From the NCBI GenBank assembly GCA_963728445.1, contig CAVSJO010000008.1, forward strand, positions 42,330 to 106,329: a stretch of 64,000 bases of DNA, given 5' to 3'. Source of the stretch: an uncultured Gemmatimonadales bacterium. GTDB taxonomy: Bacteria; Gemmatimonadota; Gemmatimonadetes; Longimicrobiales; RSA9. Positions 10,601 to 20,048 of this stretch are shown one piece after another; the stretch's first letter is position 1, and every line of letters begins with the position of its first letter. The notes under the pieces were generated by a model that was not told the DNA's origin, searched no databases, and saw nothing but the letters and a program-made list of their open reading frames with translations. Made by a program: the position numbers and the translations under genes.

Positions 10601-11622
10601 GCGCCGCCGTGCTGGGCCCGGAAGTGCCGGCACTCGATCGCCTCGAGCGTGCGCGACCCATCCGTCTGGATGACGAAGTCGCCCCACGCGCCAGCCGGCG
10701 CCGCCTCGAACGCATCCACGTCGTCAACCGGCCGCAGCGACACGATCAGCGTCTTCGCGTCCGGCGCATACGCCCGGAGCTGCTCCGGTACGCCGGTGCC
10801 ACGCTCGACGTGGAATCCGCCCGCCACGTGGATCACGAGGCCGGCGGGGTGGTCGGCGAGGAAGCGGGAGATCGAGTTCGCCATCGTCGCGTCCCAGAGC
10901 ACCTGGCTGTCGAGCTGGTTGCCCATCTGCGCGTGGCTGCCGACCGGCGCCTGCGGGTGCGCGACGGGCACGCCGCACTTCATCCCCTCCTGTTCCATCA
11001 CCTCGGAAATCGTCGCGATCCACTGCCGCTTGTAGGCGTCGGACGCCTGGCCGTACGGCAGCGGCGGGAGGTAGGATCGGGCCTGCTCGCTCAACTCCCG
11101 CAGCGCGTCGCGCCCCTGCCGGGCCACCATCGTCACGTAGCGCCGTGGCGCGTTCGCCGCGATGACCGGCACGTCTCGCTCCTTCGCGAGCTCCACCATC
11201 GGCCGGTAGTCGGTCGCGTAGCGCTCCCACGGCCGTGCGTCGGCGAGGAACGAAGACTCGGGAATGAGCCCGGCCAGGTACTCGTCCAGCGGGAGCTGCA
11301 CGTCCCGCTCGAAGAACTCAAGGGAGAGCGCCATCGGCCGCCCGGCCGACGTCGCCGCGTACACGTTCGTCGCCTGGTCGAACAGCTCCCGCTCGAGCAT
11401 GTGCCCGGTCGGGTCGTCGTGCGTCTCCCCGATGAAGACGACCTGACGGTCGGCCATGGCGCGGACCACGTCGTCGAGAGACGCGGGCTGGCCCGCGCCG
11501 GTGAACACGCGGTACTCGCCGGGCGAGTACGCCGTATCGACGGAGGTGGTCGGCGGCTCCTGCCCCGCGAGGGGCGCGGCGGCGGCGAGGAGGGCAGGGA
11601 GGAAGACGCTGCGTCGTGTCAT
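10597..11622 (-). CDS. ChaN/Tiki-superfamily lipoprotein-like protein
   Basis: Signal peptide MTRRSVFLPALLAAAAPLAG. ChaN-type motif VVFIGETHDDPTGH. Confidence 0.75.
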   Translation of the reverse strand: MTRRSVFLPALLAAAAPLAGQEPPTTSVDTAYSPGEYRVFTGAGQPASLDDVVRAMADRQVVFIGETHDDPTGHMLERELFDQATNVYAATSAGRPMALSLEFFERDVQLPLDEYLAGLIPESSFLADARPWERYATDYRPMVELAKERDVPVIAANAPRRYVTMVARQGRDALRELSEQARSYLPPLPYGQASDAYKRQWIATISEVMEQEGMKCGVPVAHPQAPVGSHAQMGNQLDSQVLWDATMANSISRFLADHPAGLVIHVAGGFHVERGTGVPEQLRAYAPDAKTLIVSLRPVDDVDAFEAAPAGAWGDFVIQTDGSRTLEAIECRHFRAQHGGA

Positions 11623-11659
11623 CGTGACTCCATGATGCGTTCTCGTCGGATGGGGCGCA

Positions 11660-13102
11660 TCAGACCGGAACGGTCGGGGACTGCTCCCGGTCGGGGATCG
11701 GGAGCGACACCCTGAACTCCGTGCGACCGGGCCGGGAATCGAAGTCGATCTCCCCGCCGTGGCCGCGGATGCGCGTGCGGGCGATCTCGAGCCCGAGACC
11801 GGTGCCCTGGCCCGGCGGCTTGGTCGTGAAGAACGGGTCGAACACCCGTGCCCGGTCCTCCGCCGCGATGCCAGGTCCGTCGTCGACCACGCGCACGACG
11901 AGAAACCGACTCTCGGGACGGATCGTGACAGTGACGCTGCCGCCCACGGGAACAGCGTCCAGGGCGTTGTCCAGCAGGTTCATCCACACCTGGTCCAGCT
12001 CGCCGCCCACGGCATGCACGGGCGGCACCGCATCGGGGACGTCCACCGAGACGGTCACCGACTTCTCCCGCGCCTTGTGTCCGAGCACCATCAGCGTGTC
12101 CCGAATCCCCTTCACAACGTCGACGGGCTCGGGGAGGGGCGCCCGGTCCATGTGCGTCAGTCGCTTCATCGCGCTGACCAGGTCCCCGATCCTGGACGCC
12201 GCCCGCTCGCTCTCCATGGCCAGCGCCCGGACCTCGCACCCCGCGGCCACCCAGTCCAGCGCGGCGTCCAGCGCCGGTCCCTGGATCTGTCCGGCGAGCC
12301 GGTCCAGCTCGTCCAGCGTGACCGACGTCTCGGCGAGCGCGGGCACGGCGGACGCATCCGCGCCGTGCCGGCGCAGCCAGTCCGCGATGGCGTCCTCCCG
12401 GTCCGCCCGCTCCATGGCCGAGCGGAACGTGCGGGGCGACGACGCCTCGCAGGCGTCCCGTACCCGATCCACCGCCTGGATCTGCTTCTCGTTCAGCCCC
12501 GACCGCACCAGCGCCCGCGCCGCCCGGTCCGCCTCCGCCATCGCCTCCGTCAGGAGCCGCGCGCTGCGCGCCACCACCGATGCCGGATTGTTCAGCTCGT
12601 GCGCCAGACCGGCCGAGAGCTTCCCGAGGGAGAGCATCTTCTCGTCCATCCAGTCGCTCGTGTTGAACACCCGCGCGCGATCCAGCATGATGTGCACGAA
12701 GATCGCCGTCAGCTCCGGGCACTCCCGGATCAGGTCGGGGAAGTCCTTCGGGTCGACGGAGAGCGTCTCGACCGGCGAATCGGTGATCGCGTCCCCCGGC
12801 GACGCGCGCATGCGCGAGAACGGAAGCACGCCCGAGACGTCGCCACTCTGCCACTCCATCACGCGTCGGGGGCCCGCCCCTCGGTCCACGTGAATCGCGA
12901 AATGACCGCTCAGCACCACCTCGAGCCCGAAATCGCTCTCCTCCAGGACCTGCCCCTTCCGGGACACGTACTCGCCCGTCCCGAGCCGCCGCATCCGGCC
13001 GCGCTCGGCCAGCCACTCCAGCTCCGACCTCGGCACCTGGCCCACCGTTCGGTGGCCCTGCAGCCGCTCGACGATGTCGGGAGGCTTCGGCACGAACGTC
13101 AT
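11660..13102 (-). CDS. cytoplasmic histidine kinase with N-terminal cyclic-nucleotide-binding-like domain
   Basis: ATG at 13102 (MTFVPKPPDIVERLQG). A Crp-like cNMP domain is followed by the H-box LSAGLAHELNNPAS and HATPase_c. No TM helix, and no adjacent response regulator. Confidence 0.8.
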   Translation of the reverse strand: MTFVPKPPDIVERLQGHRTVGQVPRSELEWLAERGRMRRLGTGEYVSRKGQVLEESDFGLEVVLSGHFAIHVDRGAGPRRVMEWQSGDVSGVLPFSRMRASPGDAITDSPVETLSVDPKDFPDLIRECPELTAIFVHIMLDRARVFNTSDWMDEKMLSLGKLSAGLAHELNNPASVVARSARLLTEAMAEADRAARALVRSGLNEKQIQAVDRVRDACEASSPRTFRSAMERADREDAIADWLRRHGADASAVPALAETSVTLDELDRLAGQIQGPALDAALDWVAAGCEVRALAMESERAASRIGDLVSAMKRLTHMDRAPLPEPVDVVKGIRDTLMVLGHKAREKSVTVSVDVPDAVPPVHAVGGELDQVWMNLLDNALDAVPVGGSVTVTIRPESRFLVVRVVDDGPGIAAEDRARVFDPFFTTKPPGQGTGLGLEIARTRIRGHGGEIDFDSRPGRTEFRVSLPIPDREQSPTVPV

Positions 13103-13481
13103 CGGATCCTCCTCCGTACGCAGGCGGGACGCCCCCGCGCCGGGGGCCGCCCGATCCTGCCTGCACAATAGACCCCTCGATGCCCGACCGGTAGTGGCGC
13201 CAGGGTCTGCCGGGCGAACCACGGCCGTGACCCGCATCGCGCTGATGCACCTGCCCGCCCGCGCCGGCGGTCGCCAGCCATCCCCCTCCGGCGACCCGGG
13301 AAAATTTCCCCGATACCGGCTCTTCCAGGACTCCACGCCTAGCCTGAATGCCGCGCAACTTCCTAAATGTCAGTCACTTACGGGATAGTCGCTCTTCGGC
13401 ATGGGCGTTGCCCCCTACAGCAGGCGAGATCCGACGGCCAGACCGTCAGCAGAAGCGAAATCCAGACTCAGGAGGCAACGC

Positions 13482-14039
13482 ATGCCCGGACGCACGAAGC
13501 ACCTTCTCGCCCCCGCGCTGATCGCGGGTGTCGGCATCTTCGCGCTGGGCGCTCCGGCGTCGGCGCAGCAGACCACGCCGGCGACACCGGAGCCTGCCAC
13601 GTGCAAGGCGACGATCGCGCCGCAGGCGCTGCAGGCCCAGACGGACCCGTTCCAGCTGCGGGTGGCGCTGACGCAGGACATCGGTGACGTGAGCGCGGCC
13701 ACGATCCAGGAGGAGAACAGCGGACTGCAGGTCTCGGTGAAGAAGGCGGACGAGGACGCTGCGGAGGACGTGCAGGAGGGCGCTGCGGAGCCGGCCACGG
13801 AAGAATCGCCGGAGCCGACGCCCGTGACGGAGCCGCAGACGACACCTGCTACGCCGGCGACGCCGGCACCGAAGCCCGCCGCTCCGGCGGCCGACGCCGC
13901 GGCCGCCCCTGCGCAGGTCGTGTGGCTGAACCTGAACGCCAGCGTCGCGCAGCCGGGGGACTACACGCTCCAGCTGACGGGCGCGAACGGAACGTGCCAG
14001 GGCACGGTTTCGATTCAGCCTTCCGGCGGTTCGAAGTAA
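13482..14039 (+). CDS. secreted hypothetical protein with Pro/Thr/Ala-rich central linker
   Basis: AGGAGG lies 6 nt upstream of ATG 13482. Signal peptide is MPGRTKHLLAPALIAGVGIFALGAPASAQQ. I recognise no domain. Confidence 0.5.
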   Translation: MPGRTKHLLAPALIAGVGIFALGAPASAQQTTPATPEPATCKATIAPQALQAQTDPFQLRVALTQDIGDVSAATIQEENSGLQVSVKKADEDAAEDVQEGAAEPATEESPEPTPVTEPQTTPATPATPAPKPAAPAADAAAAPAQVVWLNLNASVAQPGDYTLQLTGANGTCQGTVSIQPSGGSK

Positions 14040-14057
14040 GCCGTCACCAGCCGATCG

Positions 14058-14669
14058 TCACGGGGTCACCCCCGGTCGCATCGTATCCGGCACCGTCGTA
14101 TCCGGCGGTGTTGCGGCCGGGGCCCGTGACGAGCGGAGGTCGATGGCCTTGAGGCGGTTCAGCTCCTCGCGCAGTTCCTGGATCGCGGCGTCCCGCTCGC
14201 GGTCCTCTGCGCGTTCTGCCGCCCGCAGCGAGTCGAACCGCTCGCGCTGGAAGGCCACGAGGGCCCTCAGCGAATCAAGCCGAACACGGAGGGAGTCCGC
14301 CTCGCGGGCGAAGCGCCTGGTGCGATCCTCCGAGCGGGCCGCCGCCGAATCCAGCCGCACCACCTCGTCCACCAGGAGGGACAGCCGCCGCACATGGGGC
14401 GCGTGGGATGCGTTCGGAAAGCGGGCGAGGTAGCGCGTCATGTACCGCTCGGCGCGCAGGGGGTCGTAAACGGCCGTGCCCGGCACGGCGCGGGCCACGA
14501 TGACCTGGTAGACCGCTCCTTCCCGGGACCACAGCGTGGAATCGCTCTCGAAGATCCGCACCACGTCCGCGTAGCGGCCCTCACCGAAGCTCCGGTCGAG
14601 GGCCGAGGTCGTGGCGCAGGCGGCGCCAAGGAGCAGGGCTGCCGCGGAGGCGGTGCGGAGCACGCGCAC
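14058..14669 (-). CDS. hypothetical lipoprotein with C-terminal coiled coil
   Basis: GTG at 14669 lies 3 nt after the upstream kinase stop and gives VRVLRTASAAALLLGAAC (lipobox-like). The Arg/Glu-rich coiled coil ends in ELNRLKAIDLR. The longer upstream ORF overlaps the kinase and was rejected. Confidence 0.5.
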   Translation of the reverse strand: MRVLRTASAAALLLGAACATTSALDRSFGEGRYADVVRIFESDSTLWSREGAVYQVIVARAVPGTAVYDPLRAERYMTRYLARFPNASHAPHVRRLSLLVDEVVRLDSAAARSEDRTRRFAREADSLRVRLDSLRALVAFQRERFDSLRAAERAEDRERDAAIQELREELNRLKAIDLRSSRAPAATPPDTTVPDTMRPGVTP

Positions 14670-14671
14670 GA

Positions 14672-16231
14672 TCAGGCTCCAGCCCGCGCGAGTCCCGTCC
14701 GGGGCGGGATGGCGGTATCGTCGCTCGCCGTGCGCCGTCGTGCGGCCGGAAGTCGGACGATGAACTCGCTTCCGCCGGCCGGGGCGTCGAGGACGCCGAT
14801 CGTGCCGTGGTGCGCATCCACGATCTCGCGGCAGATGGTGAGGCCCAGGCCAACGCCCCGGCCGCGGCTCCCCCGTCCGCCCGAAGCCTGGTAGAAGCGC
14901 TCGAAGATGCGCTCCTTCTCCCCGTCGGGAACCCCCGGGCCCGCGTCGACGACGGAGAGAAATGCCGTCCGCGCCTCGCCGGGACTGCCACCCCCCCCAC
15001 CACCCCCGCCGCCGGCGGCGTCCGCAGATCCGGAGTCCAGCCCCGCGCGCACGCTCACGGTGGAGCCCCGCGGCGAGAACTTCACCGCGTTCTCCAGCAG
15101 ATTCTCGAGCACACGCGCGATGTGGTCCGGGTCGCACTCGACGATGACCGGCCCGGTCGGCGCTGGCACGTCGACGGCGATGCCGCGCTCGGTCGCGGCG
15201 GGTCGCGCGCGGTCCGCGGTGCGGGCCGCCAGCTCCGCCAGATCGGTGCGCCGGGGCTCGAGCGCGATTGCCCCGGCCTCGAGGGCGGACAGATCGAGGA
15301 TCTTGCCGATCATCGCGGCGAGTCGCTCTCCGCTCTCGTGGCTCAGGTCGAGGAGACGCCGCTGCTTCGGCGTGAGGGGGCCCGGCAGCCCGTCCTGCAG
15401 GATGCGGGTGGTCTCCTGCATGGATGCGAGCGGCGTCTTCAGGTCGTGCGAGACCTTGGAGAGGAAGTCCTGCTTCATCCGGTCAAGCTCCGCCAGGCGC
15501 GCGGTCATGCGATTGAAATCGCCGGCCATCTCGGCGAGCTCGCGCTCGGGCCCGGCGTCGATGCGATACTCGAAATTGCCCGCGGCGACGGCGCGCGTCC
15601 CGTCCCGCAGGCGACGGATCGAGACGGCGATGGAGCGGACCACGCTGCCGGCGGCGACCATGCCGAGGAGGAGCGCGACGACGACGGCGACGAGGGAGAC
15701 TCCGGCGGCCTTGCGTGCGGATGCGGCGGACTCGGAGAGTCGGCGCAGGGCGGCATCCCGGGAAGCGGCGCCGAGGCGGGTCATGCGGCCGTCGACGTCG
15801 GAGAGGCGGGATCGAAGGGAGGCGAGGGCGGTGCCGGCGGCGGCATCGTCGCCCGTGGCCACGGCGGTCTCGAAGCGGCTGACGGCCGGCCCGAGCGCCC
15901 GCCCGGCCGTCTCCAGGCGGGTCGCCTGCGCCCGCTCGGGCGGCGTGAGGGAATCGCGAACGATGCTGCGGATGGTGGTGTCCACCGCCGCGACGGCCTC
16001 GTCGAGCTTCGCGCGATAGCCGGGATCTCCGGTCACCCAGTACTTGCTCGCGGCCACGTCGATGGGCTCGACCTGCTCCGCGGAGGCCAGGCGCAGGCGC
16101 GAGAAGATGGCCGAGACCTCGTAGCTCGTGGCGACTGCGCGGCGCGTGGTGGTCGTGTGGTAGGCCATCATCCCGGCGAGAAGGACGGCCAGGAAGCCGA
16201 AGGCGCCGGCGAGCTTCGTGGCGACGCTCAC
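14672..16231 (-). CDS. membrane sensor histidine kinase (HAMP, HisKA, HATPase_c)
   Basis: GTG at 16231 overlaps the regulator stop (GTGA). TM helix is VSVATKLAGAFGFLAVLLAG. HAMP is present, the H-box is SHDLKTPLASM, and the ATPase domain carries a poly-Gly insert. Confidence 0.8.
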   Translation of the reverse strand: MSVATKLAGAFGFLAVLLAGMMAYHTTTTRRAVATSYEVSAIFSRLRLASAEQVEPIDVAASKYWVTGDPGYRAKLDEAVAAVDTTIRSIVRDSLTPPERAQATRLETAGRALGPAVSRFETAVATGDDAAAGTALASLRSRLSDVDGRMTRLGAASRDAALRRLSESAASARKAAGVSLVAVVVALLLGMVAAGSVVRSIAVSIRRLRDGTRAVAAGNFEYRIDAGPERELAEMAGDFNRMTARLAELDRMKQDFLSKVSHDLKTPLASMQETTRILQDGLPGPLTPKQRRLLDLSHESGERLAAMIGKILDLSALEAGAIALEPRRTDLAELAARTADRARPAATERGIAVDVPAPTGPVIVECDPDHIARVLENLLENAVKFSPRGSTVSVRAGLDSGSADAAGGGGGGGGGSPGEARTAFLSVVDAGPGVPDGEKERIFERFYQASGGRGSRGRGVGLGLTICREIVDAHHGTIGVLDAPAGGSEFIVRLPAARRRTASDDTAIPPRTGLARAGA

Positions 16232-17617
16232 GACGCGTCCTCGTCCGCCCACGCCTTCAGGCGATTCCGGATCGTCTTCACGTCCAAACCGAGCCGCCTG
16301 GCGGCCTCTGCCTTGTTGTTGCCCACCATCTCGAGCGTCTTGAGGATGAGGCGCCGCTCGGCCTCGGCCGCGGTGATGCCGACGGGAAGGAGCAGAGTCG
16401 GCTCGCCGCCCGGCGACTGGGCGCGCAGATACGCGGGCAGGTCCGACGTCTGGATCCAGCCGTCCCGGGCGACGATCACGGCGCGCTCGATGGTGTTTCG
16501 CAGCTCCCGGACGTTCCCGGGCCACGGGTACGCTTCCAGGCGCGCAGCCGCGTCAGGGGCGAGTCCTTCGACGCGCATCCCGTGGCGCGCGTCGCAGTCC
16601 AGAATGAACCGCTGGACGAGGAGGGGCAGGTCCTCGAGTCGCTCGCGCAGCGGAGGCAGGGCCACCTCGAAGACGCTGAGGCGGTAGAACAGGTCCTCCC
16701 GCAGCGAGCCCGAGCGCACCGCCTCGGCGGTGTCGCGATTCGTCGCAGCCAGGACCCGGACGTCGAAGGTGGTCTCCCGGCTCGCGCCGAGGCGCCGCAC
16801 CCGTCCCTCCTCCAGGATCCGCAGCAGCTTCGGCTGGAGCGTGGCCGGCATCTCGGCGATCTCGTCCAGCAGGAGCGTCCCCCCGTTCGCCAGCTCGAAG
16901 CAGCCCGGCCTCGAGCGGACCGCGCCGGTGAACGCGCCCTTCTCGTGGCCGAACAGCTCGCTCTCGATCAGCCCCTCCGGAATGGCGGCCGCGTTCACGG
17001 CGATGAACGGGCCCTCGCTGCGCGGGCTCAGCTCGTGGATGGTCCGCGCCGCCATCTCCTTCCCCGTGCCGCTCTCGCCGGTGAGGATGGCCGGCGCGTC
17101 CGTGGGGGCGAGGACCTGGATCGCTCGATACACCTGCCGCATCGCGCGGCTGCGCCCGACGAGCGACCCCGAGGCCCGAGCCGCGCTCGAGGCGATCCGT
17201 CAGCGCGCGCACTTCCCGCCGCCGCGAGCGCTCGTCCGCGAGGTCCTCCAGCACCGCTTTCAGCTTCGGGTAGTCCAGCGGCTTCAACAGGAAGTCCCGC
17301 GCGCCGTGCTTCATCGCCTCGACCGCCACGTCGACCCGCCCGTGCGCCGTCACGAGGATCACGGTGCAGTCCCGGTCCTCCTGTTTCAGGCGACGCAGCA
17401 GCTCGACCCCCGACGCGTCCGGCAGCACGACGTCGGAGATCACGACCTCCGGCACGTGCTCCCGCATCAGGCGACTCGCCTCCTCGGCGTCCTCCGCCAC
17501 CGTGACGTCGTGCCCCCACGCCCCGATCCGCATCGACAATACTTCGAGCACCGCCGGCTCGTCGTCGACGACCATGACGCTGAGAGGAATTCCCGCCATA
17601 CGCGCCCGCGGCTCCAT
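16228..17617 (-). pseudogene. sigma54-dependent NtrC-family response regulator; frame broken between receiver and AAA+ domains (frameshift or sequencing error)
   Basis: The receiver (MVVDDEPAVLEVL...DVVLPDASG...LLKP) is in one frame. SLVGRSRAMRQVY...GESGTGKE...GAFTGA...Fis-type HTH is in the next frame. The junction is at a G4/C4 run at 17167-17170. The start is either 17617 or 17599. Confidence 0.75.
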
Positions 17618-17641
17618 TGGGAGAGAGAACCTGCGCAGCCG

Positions 17642-17657
17642 TGCAAGTCTTCTGCCG
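17642..17657 (-). promoter_or_regulatory. candidate sigma54 (-24/-12) promoter upstream of the NtrC-type regulator
   Basis: The minus strand reads cGGCAgaagacTTGCA. GG and GC sit at canonical spacing and TTGCA is perfect. The motif ends about 25 nt upstream of ATG 17617. Confidence 0.3.
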
Positions 17658-17721
17658 CGGAAGTGGAAGGGGACGACTGAGGGGGTGCCGGAGAGAGGAT
17701 CGGCAGGGCGTCGAGCGGGCC

Positions 17722-19278
17722 TCAGCGCTCCGGCTCGGCGGTTCCGCCGAACAGCTCCTTCACGGCAGGCTTCGTCACCTTGCCCAGGGCGTTCCGCGGC
17801 AGCTCGGAGAGGAACAGGAAGTCCTTCGGGACCTTGTAGGGCGCGAGACGCTCCCTCGCGTAGCCGCGCAGCTCCGCGGCGTCCGGTTCCCGGGCACCTC
17901 GCGCCACCACCGCCGCGCACACCCGCTCCCCCCAATCGGGGTCCGGCACGCCGACGACGGCGCAGTCCGCCACCTGCGGGTGCGCGCGCAGCACGTCCTC
18001 GATCTCCAGGGCGGAGACCTTTTCGCCGCCGGTCTTCAGGATGTCGACGGACTCCCGCCCGAGAATCCGGTACGCGCCGTCCTCCACCACCGCCCGATCC
18101 CCGGTCCGGAACCAGCCGTCGCGACTGAACGCGGCCGCCGTGGCGTCGGGACGGCGCCAGTACTCGCGGAAGACGCCGGCACCCCGCACCTGCACCTGTC
18201 CCGGCTCGCCCTCCTCCACCGGAACATCGTCCTCGTCAGCCAGCCGGACCTGCATGCCGGGGAGAGGCCGGCCCACGTGTCCCGGGCGACGCTCGCCCTC
18301 GAGCGGATTCGACAGGGCCATCCCGATCTCCGTCATGCCGTAACGCTCCAGGAGCCGGTGCCCCGTGATCTCCTCCCATCGCTCGAGCGTCGGGACCGGC
18401 AGCGCCGCCGACCCGGACACCATGAGCCGCAGGCGACGGGCGCCGGCGCTCCAGGACCGGCGCGTATCCGCGTCCGCCGCCTCCCACGCGCCGATCAGCC
18501 GCCGGTACAGCGTCGGCACCGCCATGTAGAGGGTCAGGTCCCCCGAGCGAAAACGGTCCCAGACTGCGGGGGCGTCGAACGCCGGCAGGATCTCGCACAC
18601 GGCGCCCGACCACAGGGCGCACGTCAGCACGTTGATGATGCCGTGCACGTGGTGCAGCGGCAGGGTCAGGAGTATGCGGTCGTCCGCCGACCAGCCCCAC
18701 GCGCCCACGAGGGCGCGCACCTGCGCCTCGTTGTTGCCGTGGGTCGTGACCACGCCCTTCGGACGGCCCGTCGTGCCGGACGTGTAGAGCATCATGGCGC
18801 CCCGGTCGTCCGCGAGCGCGGGCAGCGACCGCGGCGGGCCGGCCGCCAGCAGCTCCGGGGTGGTGAGGACGGACAGGCCCCGCTCGGCGGCGACGCCGCC
18901 CACACGCTCCGCCAGCGAGGGGTGCGCCACGACGGTCTCCGGCGCGGCGTCGTCCAGCACGTACGCCAGCTCGGCCGGCGGGTGGGAGACCGCCATCGGC
19001 ACCGCCACACCGCCCGCGCGCCAGATCGCCCACTGCGTCGCGACGTAGTCCCAGCCTGGCGGCACGAGGAACGCGACCCGGGCGCTGGTGAGATCGTCGC
19101 GACCGTTCAGCAGCCGGGCGGCCGCGGACGCGGACGTCGCCAGCAGCTCGGCGTAGGTGAAGCGCCCCTCGGGCGCCACGACCGCCAGGCGCTCGCCGAA
19201 CCCGGGGGCGCGGGCGAAGAGCTCGACTTCCGCCGCGCCGCCCGTCCCACCCTTCCCGCGATGACCGGGGGCGCTCAT
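17722..19278 (-). CDS. AMP-forming acyl-CoA synthetase, probably malonyl-CoA synthetase (MatB/ACSF3-like)
   Basis: AMP-binding motif LYTSGTTGRPKGV. ATG at 19278 overlaps the madM stop (ATGA). Substrate is inferred only from the adjacent madLM genes. Confidence 0.75.
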   Translation of the reverse strand: MSAPGHRGKGGTGGAAEVELFARAPGFGERLAVVAPEGRFTYAELLATSASAAARLLNGRDDLTSARVAFLVPPGWDYVATQWAIWRAGGVAVPMAVSHPPAELAYVLDDAAPETVVAHPSLAERVGGVAAERGLSVLTTPELLAAGPPRSLPALADDRGAMMLYTSGTTGRPKGVVTTHGNNEAQVRALVGAWGWSADDRILLTLPLHHVHGIINVLTCALWSGAVCEILPAFDAPAVWDRFRSGDLTLYMAVPTLYRRLIGAWEAADADTRRSWSAGARRLRLMVSGSAALPVPTLERWEEITGHRLLERYGMTEIGMALSNPLEGERRPGHVGRPLPGMQVRLADEDDVPVEEGEPGQVQVRGAGVFREYWRRPDATAAAFSRDGWFRTGDRAVVEDGAYRILGRESVDILKTGGEKVSALEIEDVLRAHPQVADCAVVGVPDPDWGERVCAAVVARGAREPDAAELRGYARERLAPYKVPKDFLFLSELPRNALGKVTKPAVKELFGGTAEPER

Positions 19279-20048
19279 CCGAACATCGCCCGGATGGTGA
19301 AGAACACGACCGACGGACCCAGCAGGCAGCCGAGGCCTGTGTAGAACGTCGCCGTCATGGCGCCGTAGGGGACGAGCTTCTCGTCCGTCGCCGCGAGTCC
19401 GCCCGCGACGCCGCTCGTTGTGCCCATCAACCCACCGTACACGAGCGCCGAGCGCGGGTTGTCCAGCCCGATGTAGCGGGCCACGAAGGGGGTGCCGGTC
19501 ATCACCAGCACGGACTTCACGAGCCCCGCGGCGATGCTGAGGGCGATCACGTCCGAGGACGCGCCGATCGCGGTGCCCGTCACCGGACCGACGATGTAGG
19601 TCGCGGCGCCGGCCCCGATGGTCGTCATGGCAACGGGGTCCCGGTAGCCGAAGAACCACGCCACGGTGGCCCCGACGACGAACGAGCCCAGCACCCCGAC
19701 CAGGAGCGACACGACGGCGCCGACGCCCGCTCTGCGGATCTCGTCGAGGCTGACTCCGAACGCCGTCGCCACGATGGCGAAGTCCCGCAGCATGGACCCG
19801 CCCAGCAACCCGACGCCGGCCAGGACGGGGATGTCGGCCAGGCCCTGCTTTCCGCCCGTTTCCACCCCGCCGACGTAGGCCAGGAGCAGTCCGGCGAGGA
19901 TGGCGATGGCGGAGCCGTGGACGCGGCCCGCCGTCAGCCTGTCGGAAAGCAGGTACGACAGCCAGACGACGACGCCCACGAACGCGAACGCGGTCACGAG
20001 CCCGTTCCCGGCCAGCACGTCCGACAGGATGTCCGCCACGCCGGTCAC
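19275..20048 (-). CDS. madM: malonate transporter subunit MadM
   Basis: Polytopic membrane protein matching MadM as I recall it (LRDFAIVATAFGVSLDEIRRAG...TATFYTGLGCLLGP). GTG at 20048 overlaps the madL stop (GTGA). Confidence 0.75.
   Translation of the reverse strand: MTGVADILSDVLAGNGLVTAFAFVGVVVWLSYLLSDRLTAGRVHGSAIAILAGLLLAYVGGVETGGKQGLADIPVLAGVGLLGGSMLRDFAIVATAFGVSLDEIRRAGVGAVVSLLVGVLGSFVVGATVAWFFGYRDPVAMTTIGAGAATYIVGPVTGTAIGASSDVIALSIAAGLVKSVLVMTGTPFVARYIGLDNPRSALVYGGLMGTTSGVAGGLAATDEKLVPYGAMTATFYTGLGCLLGPSVVFFTIRAMFG

Noticed and set aside
14991-14998. A C8 (minus-strand G8) homopolymer inside the histidine kinase ATPase domain, encoding a poly-Gly insert. It is a potential slippage or phase-variation tract.
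   Set aside because: The reading frame is intact here and nothing in the sequence shows switching. It is noted only as an indel-prone site to check in the reads.
15164-15178. TGGCACG-tcga-cgGC, a sigma54-like string.
   Set aside because: It lies inside the histidine kinase coding region on the antisense strand, with no plus-strand gene downstream. The -12 element lacks TT.
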